From Abditibacterium sp. (GTDB taxonomy: Bacteria; Armatimonadota; Abditibacteriia; Abditibacteriales; Abditibacteriaceae), in assembly GCA_965199495.1 (NCBI GenBank), contig CBDASK010000003.1:512001-576000 (forward strand): a DNA stretch of 64,000 bases, in the 5' to 3' direction. The translations under genes were made by a program, and so were the position numbers. Under the pieces are notes generated by a model. The model saw nothing but the letters and a program-made list of their open reading frames with translations, had not been told where the DNA came from and made no database searches. The first letter of the stretch is position 1. Every line of letters starts with the position of its first letter. Of the stretch, positions 48,757-58,525 are shown in pieces.

Positions 48757-48864
48757 ACACTCGCACTTAAAACTTGAGCAACCGCGCCAACGGCCAATTG
48801 GAGGCGGTAAATCAGTGGTTCGCAATTGCGAGGGCGCGGCCAGAATAACCGAACAAAGACCAAA
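48757..48864 (-). repeat. conserved junction element copy 3
   Basis: ungapped alignment to copies 1 and 2; contains the TCGCAATTGCGA palindrome. Confidence 0.9.
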
Positions 48865-48893
48865 CAGAAATTAATTTCTGTTTGGTCTTTTTT
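48855..48893. terminator. terminator-like perfect 36-bp palindrome plus T run
   Basis: AAAGACCAAACAGAAATTAATTTCTGTTTGGTCTTT. Confidence 0.75.
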
Positions 48894-49335
48894 GTTTTGC
48901 CCAGCTCTGGCTGTATCACTAAGGGGTCTGAGCGTTTGCCACGAGTTCGCCGGAAGAAAAGATTTCGTTTCCTGATATTTTGCAACGACTTCCTGCACGG
49001 AATATAAGTTCTAAACGGAAATTTGTACCAGTCTCTCCCTGAATACTTTCTCCATAACAACAGATACAAATAACAATGTCAATATAATACTGCAAAATAA
49101 CTAAAATATCTCAAACAAACGGACTTTATTTTTGTATAATTATTTTTACGCGGTATTTTTACCGCGATTTTTGCTAAGTCAATACAATTAAAATCATTAA
49201 TTGTAAGGAGCGGACATCCTGAAATTTGAGCATTGGACGACTAAAGTCGGAGACGGGGCGCGCCTACTCTTGGGAGGCATTCGGTTATTGAACGGGGCTT
49301 TGTAACTGTTTTATCCGACGTTCATTCAGCGTCAG

Positions 49336-49617
49336 ATGGGGCGAGATAAACCCGATCCCGCTACGGATTACGCGTTACGCCTGTTCGGTGTGCGGACGAT
49401 TCTCATCGCGTTGGATTTTCTTATTCCCAACAAATCGGAGCGCGACCATGCGATTCGTGTGGCGCCTTTGATCCACGCATCCGATACGGTTGCGGCCTAT
49501 CTTACGGCTCGTTCGGGCGTGTTGCCGCAGCGCGCGGGCACGATGTTGGTGGCGATTTCGGCTTTTAACACGTTGTTATCTTTGTTGATGCAATTGTCGC
49601 GCGACCGTCAAAATTGA
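49336..49617 (+). CDS. small membrane protein (possibly 5'-truncated)
   Basis: LRLFGVRT...IHASD; hydrophobic segments. Confidence 0.55.
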   Translation: MGRDKPDPATDYALRLFGVRTILIALDFLIPNKSERDHAIRVAPLIHASDTVAAYLTARSGVLPQRAGTMLVAISAFNTLLSLLMQLSRDRQN

Positions 49618-49689
49618 CGGAATCGGGCAGAGATGGAAACGGCTACTTTTCAGGCAACGCAGTGTTGCTGGAACCAAAAGGAGTTTCTC

Positions 49690-51576
49690 ATGGGAAAATC
49701 ATCGGTCGGGTCGTGGATAAAAATTGTGGGGGGAACGGTCGCCGTGGCTTATGTCGGGACGAAGCTGCTGTCGGAGTTGCTAAGGCCCAGCCGCAGGCCG
49801 GGCGAAACAACGCTGTTCGATCAAGTCACCTCAATTGTTGATCGCAAAGTCGGTTGGGACAAGTTGCCGCTCCCGTTGGGGTTGGCCGTTTTGGTGGGTT
49901 TGCGCCGCGTGTTAAGGCGTCAAAATTTATACGATTCCACGACGCCGCAAGCCACGCCCAACCGCCCCAAACCCGTGTGGGACGAGAAATATCAGAAGCA
50001 GCGCACCATTGACGGAACGTTTAACGATCTGTCGCAACCGATGATGGGCGCCGCAGAAACCCGTTTTGGGCGCAACGTGCCGTTGGAAAAGGCGCATCCT
50101 AAAAACGTGCTTGCGCCCTCGCCACGCCGGGTTTCGCTCGAACTGCTGACGCGTCACCAATTCATTCCGGCGACGACGATCAATTTGCTGACCGCCGCGT
50201 GGATTCAGTTCATGGTACGCGACTGGCTGAGTCATGGCGTCAGCGAAAAAAACGATCCGTGGGAAATTCGTCTGGACGCGGGCGATAACTGGCACGAAAA
50301 CCCGATGCGTATTTTGCGCACGCCTTCCGATCCGACGCGTTCGCCCGCAGAAGACGCCGCCGGATTGCCGCCGACTCACATCAACACCGAAACGCACTGG
50401 TGGGATGGTTCGCAAATTTACGGCAGCACGCCCGAAGCACAAAAACTGGTGCGCACCAACGAACGCGGCAAATTGCACGTCGGGCGCGATAATCTCGTTG
50501 TTGTTGATAACGAGTTTTTCACACAAGCGGCAAGCATGGCGGGTTGGTGGGTCGGGATGTCAATGTTGTTCACGCTGTTCACCCTCGAACACAACTTCAT
50601 TTGCGACCGATTGCACGCGGCCTATCCCGATTGGACGGACGAAGATTTGTTCCAGCACGCGCGGCTCATCAACGCGGCGATGCTGGCCAAAATTCACACC
50701 GTCGAGTGGACGCCCGCCATTATTTCGCATCCCACGACGGCTCAGGCGCTGCGTGTCAACTGGTTCGGACTGGCGGGCGAAAAGTTGTATAAATTGTTCG
50801 GGCGCATCAGTTCAAGCGAGGTTATCAGCGGCATTCCCGGTTCGGAAACGCAGCACTTCGATATTCCCTATTCGCTGACCGAAGAATTCGTCGCGGTTTA
50901 TCGTCTGCACCCGCTGATTCCCGATGATTTAGAAATACGCTCCGCGCGCGACAATGCGTTGTTAGAGCCGCTCATCTTTCCTCAGGTGACGGGCAGCCAC
51001 GCCTTCGACTTGGTGCAACGCCAAACGATGACCGATCTGTTTTATTCGTTTGGGCGCATGAATTCGGGCGCCGTGCGGCTGCACAATTATCCGAAGTTTT
51101 TGCAGACCTTCGAGCGGCCCGACGGCGTTGTGATCGATCTCGCCTCGCACGATATTTTGCGAATGCGCGAACTCGGCGTGCCGCGTTATAACGAGTTCCG
51201 GCGACTGCTTCATCTCAAGGCGCCCGCGACATTCGAGGAACTCACCGATGTGCCCGCATGGGCCGCCGAGATGCGCCGCGTTTACGAAGACGATATCGAA
51301 GCCGTTGATGTGATGGTCGGAATGTTCGCCGAGCCTTTGCCGCAGGGATTTGGCTTTAGCGACACGGCCTTTCGCATTTTCATTCTCATGGCGTCGCGCC
51401 GCTTAAACAGCGACCGCTTCTTCACCGAATCGTTTACGCCGGAAGTTTATTCGCCCGTGGGCATGGATTACATTCGTGATAACGATATGAAATCCATTCT
51501 GTTACGCCATTATCCCGACCTCGCCGCGTCGCTGCAAGGCGTCAAAAATCCGTTCGCCCCTTGGACGCAAGTCTGA
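49690..51576 (+). CDS. animal-type haem peroxidase, alpha-dioxygenase-like
   Basis: RTIDGTFNDL, WIQFMVRDW, THWWDGSQIYG, KIHTVEWTPA, EFVAVYRLHPL, SRRLNSDRFFT. Confidence 0.9.
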   Translation: MGKSSVGSWIKIVGGTVAVAYVGTKLLSELLRPSRRPGETTLFDQVTSIVDRKVGWDKLPLPLGLAVLVGLRRVLRRQNLYDSTTPQATPNRPKPVWDEKYQKQRTIDGTFNDLSQPMMGAAETRFGRNVPLEKAHPKNVLAPSPRRVSLELLTRHQFIPATTINLLTAAWIQFMVRDWLSHGVSEKNDPWEIRLDAGDNWHENPMRILRTPSDPTRSPAEDAAGLPPTHINTETHWWDGSQIYGSTPEAQKLVRTNERGKLHVGRDNLVVVDNEFFTQAASMAGWWVGMSMLFTLFTLEHNFICDRLHAAYPDWTDEDLFQHARLINAAMLAKIHTVEWTPAIISHPTTAQALRVNWFGLAGEKLYKLFGRISSSEVISGIPGSETQHFDIPYSLTEEFVAVYRLHPLIPDDLEIRSARDNALLEPLIFPQVTGSHAFDLVQRQTMTDLFYSFGRMNSGAVRLHNYPKFLQTFERPDGVVIDLASHDILRMRELGVPRYNEFRRLLHLKAPATFEELTDVPAWAAEMRRVYEDDIEAVDVMVGMFAEPLPQGFGFSDTAFRIFILMASRRLNSDRFFTESFTPEVYSPVGMDYIRDNDMKSILLRHYPDLAASLQGVKNPFAPWTQV

Positions 51577-51618
51577 GTAGTAACTTTCTGTTTCTCGAAT
51601 TGAAAATTGGAGATGGCT

Positions 51619-51810
51619 ATGAAATCAATTCAAAACCGCTATTTGCGCGGTGAACTCGCCCCAGTGCAGGGCGGCGTGGCTGGTGTTGGCGCTGGGGCGC
51701 TGGCGATAGATGCGGGTTTGCGAGGGTTGACATTTCACGGCGGCGCGACCGAGAACCACGAAACGCGCGGGGATTATTTCGGGCGCCATTATGCCGAAGA
51801 AGAACACTAA
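51619..51810 (+). pseudogene. possible carotenoid-cleavage-oxygenase remnant
   Basis: NRYLRGELAPV N-terminal-like and TFHG C-terminal-like motifs in 63 aa. Confidence 0.35.
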
Positions 51811-51897
51811 AAACGCGACACCAAGTTAAGGCGACCGATTCGATTTTCGCCGACGCGCAACGACATCCCCAAACGGGGGCAGGAGTCTGCTAATAAC

Positions 51898-53466
51898 ATG
51901 ATCACTCTCAAACGAAACACCAGCCACGATGGATTGAGGAACAACATCGAATTTTTTGTGCTCACCCATTTCAAAAGTTTCTGGCATTTGGCGCAACGCC
52001 AGCCCGCATTGCGGCGCCCGATCAACGCGTTCCTCATCAACAACGCTGTTGCAAAAACCAAAAGACGACCTTACCCGTTGTCCACGATGAATAACTATAC
52101 CTCGTGGGATTCGCTGGTTGACCGCACTTATCATGGGCGCCATTTGCCACCTCACCCGCGCGCGGAAAACGAACTGCCCGACATTGAACGTGTCATCAAA
52201 CTCTTCGAGCGCAAAAACGGTTTCATCGCTTCGCCCAAATCAACGCTGCTGTTCGCCTATTTCGCCCAGTGGTTCACCGACGGCTTTTTGCGTACCGACC
52301 GCAGCAATGCACTGAAAACCACTTCCAATCACGAAATTGATCTGAGTCCACTTTACGGCCTGAATCCAAAATTCACTCAACTTATTCGCAGCCACGGCGA
52401 CGGCAAACTCAAAAGTCAATTCATCAACGGCGAAGAATATGCGCCCTTTTACTTCGACGAAAATGGCCAAGTCAAAGAGGAATTTCAGGATTTACCGATT
52501 CTCTTGCCGGACGATTTAGACCCGGCGCTCAAGCCCAATTTGTTCGCAATGGGCGGCGACCGCGCCAACAATCAAGTTGGTTATGTGATGCTCAATACCT
52601 TGTTTTTGCGCGAGCATAATCGCCTCTGCGAAGTGTTGAAAAGCCAGAACGCCGATTGGGATGACGAACGCCTGTTTCAGACCGCACGCAATATCATGGT
52701 CGTGCTGCTGATTAAAATCGTGATTGAGGAATATATCAATCACATCGCGCCGCTTTACTTCAAATTTTTTGCCGATCCGTTGGCGTTTTCCAGCGCGCCC
52801 TGGTATCGCCAGAACTGGATCGCTATCGAGTTCGATCTGCTCTATCGCTGGCATTCGCTTATTCCCGACACAGTGCGCCTTGGCGGAGCGCAACACCCGG
52901 TTCAGGCGACGTTCTGGAACAGTTCTTACCTGATCGACAACGGTTTGGGAAGTTGCATGGAAGAGGCTTCGTCGCAAGCCGCAGGCGTCATCGGCCCTTT
53001 CAACACTGCGCCCGAATTGATGGACGTGGAGCGCGCCAGCGTTCGGCTCGACCGTCTGGCGCAACTCGCTTCCTACAACGATTACCGCGAAGTCGTGGGC
53101 TACGGGCGCGTCACAGCGTTCGATCAAATTTCGGGCGATGTCGAAGTTCAGAAAATGTTGAGCGAACTTTATGAGGGCGACGTGGATAAAGTCGAGTATT
53201 ACGTCGGTTTGTTCGCCGAAGAAACCGACGTAAACGCCGTCAACGCGCCGCTCATCGGACGATTGGTGGCTCTTGATGCGTTCTCGCAGGCGTTGACCAA
53301 TCCGTTACTGGCCGAAAACATTTACAACGAAACCACTTTTTCCGCCGAAGGTTTGCAGATTATCGAGCGCACCCACAACTTATCGGACATCGTTCATCGC
53401 AACCTCGCGCCCGACAAACGCCGTTTTTGGGTTTCCATGACGCGCAAAGGCTGGCGCCCCACCTGA
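51898..53466 (+). CDS. cyclooxygenase-like haem peroxidase / fatty-acid dioxygenase
   Basis: FAQWFTDGF, IDLSPLYG, FLREHNRLC, DDERLFQTAR, EFDLLYRWHSL. Confidence 0.9.
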   Translation: MITLKRNTSHDGLRNNIEFFVLTHFKSFWHLAQRQPALRRPINAFLINNAVAKTKRRPYPLSTMNNYTSWDSLVDRTYHGRHLPPHPRAENELPDIERVIKLFERKNGFIASPKSTLLFAYFAQWFTDGFLRTDRSNALKTTSNHEIDLSPLYGLNPKFTQLIRSHGDGKLKSQFINGEEYAPFYFDENGQVKEEFQDLPILLPDDLDPALKPNLFAMGGDRANNQVGYVMLNTLFLREHNRLCEVLKSQNADWDDERLFQTARNIMVVLLIKIVIEEYINHIAPLYFKFFADPLAFSSAPWYRQNWIAIEFDLLYRWHSLIPDTVRLGGAQHPVQATFWNSSYLIDNGLGSCMEEASSQAAGVIGPFNTAPELMDVERASVRLDRLAQLASYNDYREVVGYGRVTAFDQISGDVEVQKMLSELYEGDVDKVEYYVGLFAEETDVNAVNAPLIGRLVALDAFSQALTNPLLAENIYNETTFSAEGLQIIERTHNLSDIVHRNLAPDKRRFWVSMTRKGWRPT

Positions 53467-53621
53467 CAATGGCGAGTTTTGCTCGCCTCGACCAACGCGC
53501 AATAACGCGAAACACACGGAGATATTCACATGGGCAAGCCATCTGGTTCCGGTCGCCGCCAATCCGAATCTGCAAAAATAGGGTTTCTATCGACGGCTCA
53601 GGTTCACCACGCAGGGCCGAT

Positions 53622-54038
53622 TCAACGCCGCTTTTTCAAAAATGTAGTCCGTCGCTTCCAGCACGCAGCGCGAGTTGCCAAACGAATCTTCGTCCGCGTA
53701 ATTTTGACCCCGCCAGCAGCCACGCCGCCCCAGTCCACGACTTCGTAGCGCATAACTCCCTCGTGTGCGAAGGTCAGTCGCGCCGTAATTTGTGCGGCGC
53801 CCAGAAATTGAACAACATCGATTCCGTTATCGAGCGGCAGTGACGAGAGGACACCGCCGATGGTTAAATCGGGGCCGGGAACGAATACCGACGGCGGCTC
53901 GAAAGTAATGACATTCGCCAGAGGCTTGCCCGCCAAATCCGGCCCCGCGAGTTCGATGTGCCCGGAGTTTTGGTAAATCCGCGCCTGCAAGTGGCCGGAA
54001 TCGAACGACAGAAAGTGGCCTGTGGGTGGTAAGAGCAT
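53622..54038 (-). pseudogene. truncated 5' fragment of a larger, possibly glycosidase, gene
   Basis: protein-like beta-rich sequence that deteriorates after YEVVDWGG. Confidence 0.35.
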
Positions 54039-54061
54039 GAGAATTTATCCTGCTGCGTTGT

Positions 54062-56674
54062 TCAGGCTTCAAACAAACGGACAGATAATTGATAACTTGC
54101 CTCTGTCTGCATGAGCGGGCCGGTTACGGTGACTTGTTCATCTCCACTTTGCCTTAATCTGTCGTAAGCGCCTGCTTCTTCCTCTTCCAGTGGTTTAAGA
54201 CTGCGGGCTGTATGATCCCACTGAATCCTATCCTCCGCTCTCAGAGGTCTGAGCTGGACATCTGGCCTTTCCGTGTTGACCAGATAAAGTGTTTCCTCGC
54301 GTGCTTCGATGCGCCCCCGCAAAGTGACTTCGACGCCACGCAGCACATACGTCCCGTTGACCATGCTGCGGAACTGGCTGTCCCACGCGTTCAACTGCGG
54401 CAAACGTTCGTCCTGCAAAAATACTTTCGCCGTTGAATCGTTCGTATCTGGAACCGGATTTACCATTTCCACGCCTTGCAAATTGCGCAACGCCTCGTAG
54501 GCGCCGCCCCAGCAGGAGCCGATTCCATAAGGACAAGTTCCGGTGATGCCAACCACAACGGCGGTGCCTTTGGCGGTTGCGGCTACTTCGGTTTCGCGGC
54601 TGGAAATCCGCGAATGGGCGCCCGTTTGCGCAACCACCGGGCTGAGCCTTAGCAACTCATTCATTGCAACTGGCGCTGCCAGCAGAGCAGGAGCCACGTC
54701 CAACTGAATTCGGATGATTTTGGCAACCGAAGGCACGCCATCTTTGAGGATGAACAGCAGGTAATATCCGGGCGGACAAAGATTCGGCGAATCTGGGGCG
54801 GTCACCGTAAGTTTGTCCGCGTTCACCTTAAAATCCAGAAAATTAATGCGTTGGCTTTGATCGAAAGCGTGCGTTACCGACGCCAAGCGAATCCAACTCA
54901 CTTGGCTGATTTCATCCGCCTGAGCGGTATCAACCGCGAAACTTTCGCCGTAATCAACCGAAGCTGGAGCCGATGTAATCAGGGGACGCGGGCCTTGGAA
55001 AAGATAGGGCGGAGAAAAAACTTGGGCCTCGCGGTGGCTATCCAAAGGATCGTTGGTATTGACGTTGTCGGGCCGATACTCGCCGCCGCCCGCGCTCAGC
55101 ACGCGTCCATCGGGCAACAGCACGGCTGTCGAATGATAACCGCGATCAACCTCTTCCGCCGCCAGTTCCGTCCACCTTTGGGTCGCCGGATTCCACAATT
55201 CGGCGGTGTGAACAGGTTGGCCCGCAGCCAAATCGTTGAACCCATCGTTGAAGCCACCGCCGCCGCGCGTGCCGCCGGTTACTAAAACCGTGCCATCGGG
55301 CAAAATGACCGCGTTATGCTGGCGCCGAGGAAATTGCATCGGGTTGGTCGCCTGCCACTGGCGCGGATTCTGAGCGAGATCAATCACTTCGGCTGCCGCA
55401 GTGGGCGCGCGCGAACCCGCGTTATTGCCGCCACCAATGTAGATGACTTTATCGGCATCATACATCACCGAGGGACAATAATCGCGCTGTCCATTGGCTC
55501 GAAGCCCCACTTCCGTCCACCCGCCGGGTTGCGAAGTTTGCAACAAGGAGGTTTGAGCCAAAGCGCCGGACATGAAAACCCGGCCATCGGTGGCGACGTG
55601 CATACGCGGATAAAGCGACAAACCGAAAAAATTCAGATCATCGCCATTGGGTTTCTTGATCGTTTTCCAAGTGCCGTTTTCCCATATCTGTAACAGAGCA
55701 ACAACAACGGTTTGTTGGCCCTGCGGGCGGTTGGGGTCAATGTAGCTGCCGGAAAGCACCAGCACATTGCCGTTGGGTAAAGTCGTCGCCGTCGGATACC
55801 AGCGCCGCAACGTCTCTCCGCCCATCGGAGCGGTGGGTGCCCAGGTGCCGGGAGCGTTGCTCTCGGCAGGAGCCGGGGAATAGATAATCGCTTGGTCGAG
55901 GCCGTCGCCGTCGAAGTTATGGCCACCAACCACCAGCAGACGCCCATCCGGCAGAAAGGCGTGGCCCGAACAAAACAGGTTGACGGTCGTTCCATCTGCG
56001 CGCTTCGGCGGAAGTGTGTTGACCGTTTTTGCGGTTGTGGAATCCATCGGGTCAAGCGGGTCAAGTGGATCCCAGACAAAAGGCGTGCAGCGATGCACGT
56101 CTAAATTGTCGGGGTCTGAAGCGTCGCGTCTGCCCCACATCAGAACGCGACCATTGCGTAGCACATGAGTGTGAATAGCCACGTTGGGAAGCAGAAAAAC
56201 AGGCGACCATAGTCCTTTCTCGGCGCTGCTTTCAATGCTGAATCGGAACGGCGCATTTTGCGCGGCAACCTCATTATCCGCTCGCACCGAATCATTGCCA
56301 CCAGCGTCGGCGTGCAGAAAAGTTAAATCGCGGTCGCTGTAAGCGAGCTGGAGATAGTATTGAATTTCATCGCCAGTCTGGAAAGCCTTTGAAGTTTCTG
56401 CGGAAATGGTGGCCGTAAAATACTTGTTGTTCTCCACTTCTCTGAAAAACTTCATCGGCAATTCTGTCCAAGGCCCGGCGTTGCCATTTCTGAAAAAGAC
56501 ACTGCTGCCGTCCTGCAACTGGTTGCCCTGCCCGGCGCCGCCCTGAAATTGGTTGCCACTGATAATCGTGATGGCCATTCCCGGAACGAGTGCGCCGTTG
56601 GGATCGCGCATGGCTCCGCGCCCACGAGGTTCGGGATGGTTAGGAATGTGCCATGCGTTGCCGAAATTTGCCAT
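54062..56674 (-). CDS. galactose-oxidase-like copper radical oxidase (AA5) with extra N- and C-terminal domains
   Basis: LFCSGH, RWYPT, RGYHST, VTHAFD ligand motifs; kelch repeats; PPGYYLLF (DUF1929). Confidence 0.9.
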   Translation of the reverse strand: MANFGNAWHIPNHPEPRGRGAMRDPNGALVPGMAITIISGNQFQGGAGQGNQLQDGSSVFFRNGNAGPWTELPMKFFREVENNKYFTATISAETSKAFQTGDEIQYYLQLAYSDRDLTFLHADAGGNDSVRADNEVAAQNAPFRFSIESSAEKGLWSPVFLLPNVAIHTHVLRNGRVLMWGRRDASDPDNLDVHRCTPFVWDPLDPLDPMDSTTAKTVNTLPPKRADGTTVNLFCSGHAFLPDGRLLVVGGHNFDGDGLDQAIIYSPAPAESNAPGTWAPTAPMGGETLRRWYPTATTLPNGNVLVLSGSYIDPNRPQGQQTVVVALLQIWENGTWKTIKKPNGDDLNFFGLSLYPRMHVATDGRVFMSGALAQTSLLQTSQPGGWTEVGLRANGQRDYCPSVMYDADKVIYIGGGNNAGSRAPTAAAEVIDLAQNPRQWQATNPMQFPRRQHNAVILPDGTVLVTGGTRGGGGFNDGFNDLAAGQPVHTAELWNPATQRWTELAAEEVDRGYHSTAVLLPDGRVLSAGGGEYRPDNVNTNDPLDSHREAQVFSPPYLFQGPRPLITSAPASVDYGESFAVDTAQADEISQVSWIRLASVTHAFDQSQRINFLDFKVNADKLTVTAPDSPNLCPPGYYLLFILKDGVPSVAKIIRIQLDVAPALLAAPVAMNELLRLSPVVAQTGAHSRISSRETEVAATAKGTAVVVGITGTCPYGIGSCWGGAYEALRNLQGVEMVNPVPDTNDSTAKVFLQDERLPQLNAWDSQFRSMVNGTYVLRGVEVTLRGRIEAREETLYLVNTERPDVQLRPLRAEDRIQWDHTARSLKPLEEEEAGAYDRLRQSGDEQVTVTGPLMQTEASYQLSVRLFEA

Positions 56675-56843
56675 TGTTTTTCTCCTTAATCAGAGGTTGT
56701 ATCTCACCAAAACACGCAGTGCGGGCGACGTGGCTACAACATGAGCCACGTCGCCCGCGCTCTGGGGTTTTGGTGAGATGGAATGCCATCTTTTCACTTT
56801 TTATACGCCGGTTCAGCGTGTATTCGCGCGGCGCGGTTCTCGC

Positions 56844-58103
56844 TTACCCGGCCATTCGCGGGTCTGGGGCCGGGGCCGTCATGGCTACGGGCATCGGTTC
56901 GGCCACAACGCCGCCTTTTGGATCGTAGACCGCCACGCCAACCAGAGAATCAGCACACCCGTAATAGAGGAACCATTTTTTGTTGAAACGCACTAAACCC
57001 TCGGTGAAAGTCGTGCCGCCGATGTATTGGCCCCTCATCTCGAAAGGCAATTGCGGTTTGTAGAAGGGTTCGTCCAGTCGGCCCAAAAGTTTCGCGGGAT
57101 TGCTGGCGTCGAAGAGAGCCTGACCCGCAGCATAGGCATCGCGCCCCAGACCCGGCGCACCATTGCTATCGCTATTTTTGCCGTTGTAAATCAACAGAAT
57201 ACCCTGCTCTGTCACCACCGGCGGCGGCCCCACTTCGGCCAGATTGCTATCGAACTTGCCCCGCCGAGGACTGAGGAGATCGAGCAATTTTCCCTGCTCA
57301 TCCTCGACGGGTTGCCAGTTGATCAGATCGTCCGAAGTCGCCAGATGGATGCTGCCTTCGCCCCAATACATCCAATATTTTCCGTTGATTTTAGCGGCGA
57401 TTAAGCGTCCTTTGGCCGGGCGGGCGAGAATCCCCGCCGATTTGTAACGTAGATCGCTGTATTTGCCGCCGTAAGCCTTGGCGAAGGCTTGGCCGTGTTT
57501 AGTCCAATGCACCAAATCTTTGGAAGTCGCCACGCCCACGCGAAATGTCGAGCGATTCCACTGGGTGTAGGTCAAGATGTAAGTGCCATCTTCGCTTTCC
57601 GTGATGCGCGGGTCTTCGCAGCCACCGGGCCATTCGTTATCTTTCTGAACGTCGTTATCCGGGTAAAATACCGGAGTTGGCGCCTCGGTAAAATGCAATC
57701 CATCGCTGCTTTGCGCCAGCCCCAACCGCGAAGTATGATGGCCGATCTCCATCGTGCCGGAATCGTCCTCAGCGCGATAAAGCACGTAAATTTTACCGTC
57801 CCGCACGACAGCCGCCGGGTTAAAGGTATGCAGCGCTTCCCAATGAACCTGCTGTCCGCTAACGGGATCGAGAAAGGTGGATTTGGGATTGGGCTTGATG
57901 AGCGGGTTAATGCCCGCAGGTCGCACAAACGGTCCCAGCGCCCATTTCGGTAACGGCTGAGTCGTCGCCGTCGGGTCGGCGGAAGCACGCGAAACCATCA
58001 AAAAGCCAGCGCCCACCACGAGAGCAACTCGCAGGATTGGAAGGCAACGTGGCTGGTCGAAAGAGCGCAATAGAGGCGCGCGGAGGAAGTTTAAAAATCG
58101 CAT
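56844..58103 (-). CDS. GH130 glycosidase/phosphorylase, secreted
   Basis: FNPAA, YRAED, GCEDPR, FTEGL, YYGCADS. Confidence 0.9.
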   Translation of the reverse strand: MRFLNFLRAPLLRSFDQPRCLPILRVALVVGAGFLMVSRASADPTATTQPLPKWALGPFVRPAGINPLIKPNPKSTFLDPVSGQQVHWEALHTFNPAAVVRDGKIYVLYRAEDDSGTMEIGHHTSRLGLAQSSDGLHFTEAPTPVFYPDNDVQKDNEWPGGCEDPRITESEDGTYILTYTQWNRSTFRVGVATSKDLVHWTKHGQAFAKAYGGKYSDLRYKSAGILARPAKGRLIAAKINGKYWMYWGEGSIHLATSDDLINWQPVEDEQGKLLDLLSPRRGKFDSNLAEVGPPPVVTEQGILLIYNGKNSDSNGAPGLGRDAYAAGQALFDASNPAKLLGRLDEPFYKPQLPFEMRGQYIGGTTFTEGLVRFNKKWFLYYGCADSLVGVAVYDPKGGVVAEPMPVAMTAPAPDPRMAG

Positions 58104-58201
58104 CGAGGACTTGATTGACGTTGGATATAAATAGAGCGTAACCTAAATTTTTTGGCAATTTTGCCAACGGGACTAACGTCCTTAAAAATACAAGCGAACT
58201 T

Positions 58202-58377
58202 AGAGGTTGTGCTTGAATGGAGTCATTGGCTGTGTTTTGCGGTTTGGAGCGCGGGATTTATCCCGTTCAGAGCGTTGGATTTGCGTTCAATTCCCGGCAG
58301 TTTCTTGTTTTGACGGGCTAAAGCCCGCGCTCCAAACTAGTTCACAGTTTCTATAACTGTATTCGGGCACAGCCTCT
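58202..58377. repeat. nested palindrome: outer 17-bp IR plus inner REP-like doublet
   Basis: AGAGGTTGTGCTTGAAT/ATTCGGGCACAGCCTCT; inner arms 58242-58266 / 58313-58337. Confidence 0.8.
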
Positions 58378-58525
58378 GAACATTAAGGAACCGGCACGGA
58401 ATTCTTAATGAGCGCGGCGCGTAAATCTTGAGCTTTCGATGAGAGCAAAAGTAAAAGAGCCTACCATCGCTAAAATTATCTTTATATTTTCGGATTATCG
58501 CAACTCCGATTTGGCGATCCTTTCG

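Noticed and set aside
48781..48842. Junction element as a real tRNA or structured ncRNA (CCGCGCC/GGCGCGG-CCA pairing in copy 3)
   Set aside because: It is only ~61 nt, has no cloverleaf and an unpaired T-stem. Substitutions across copies break the pairing and instead follow codon third positions.
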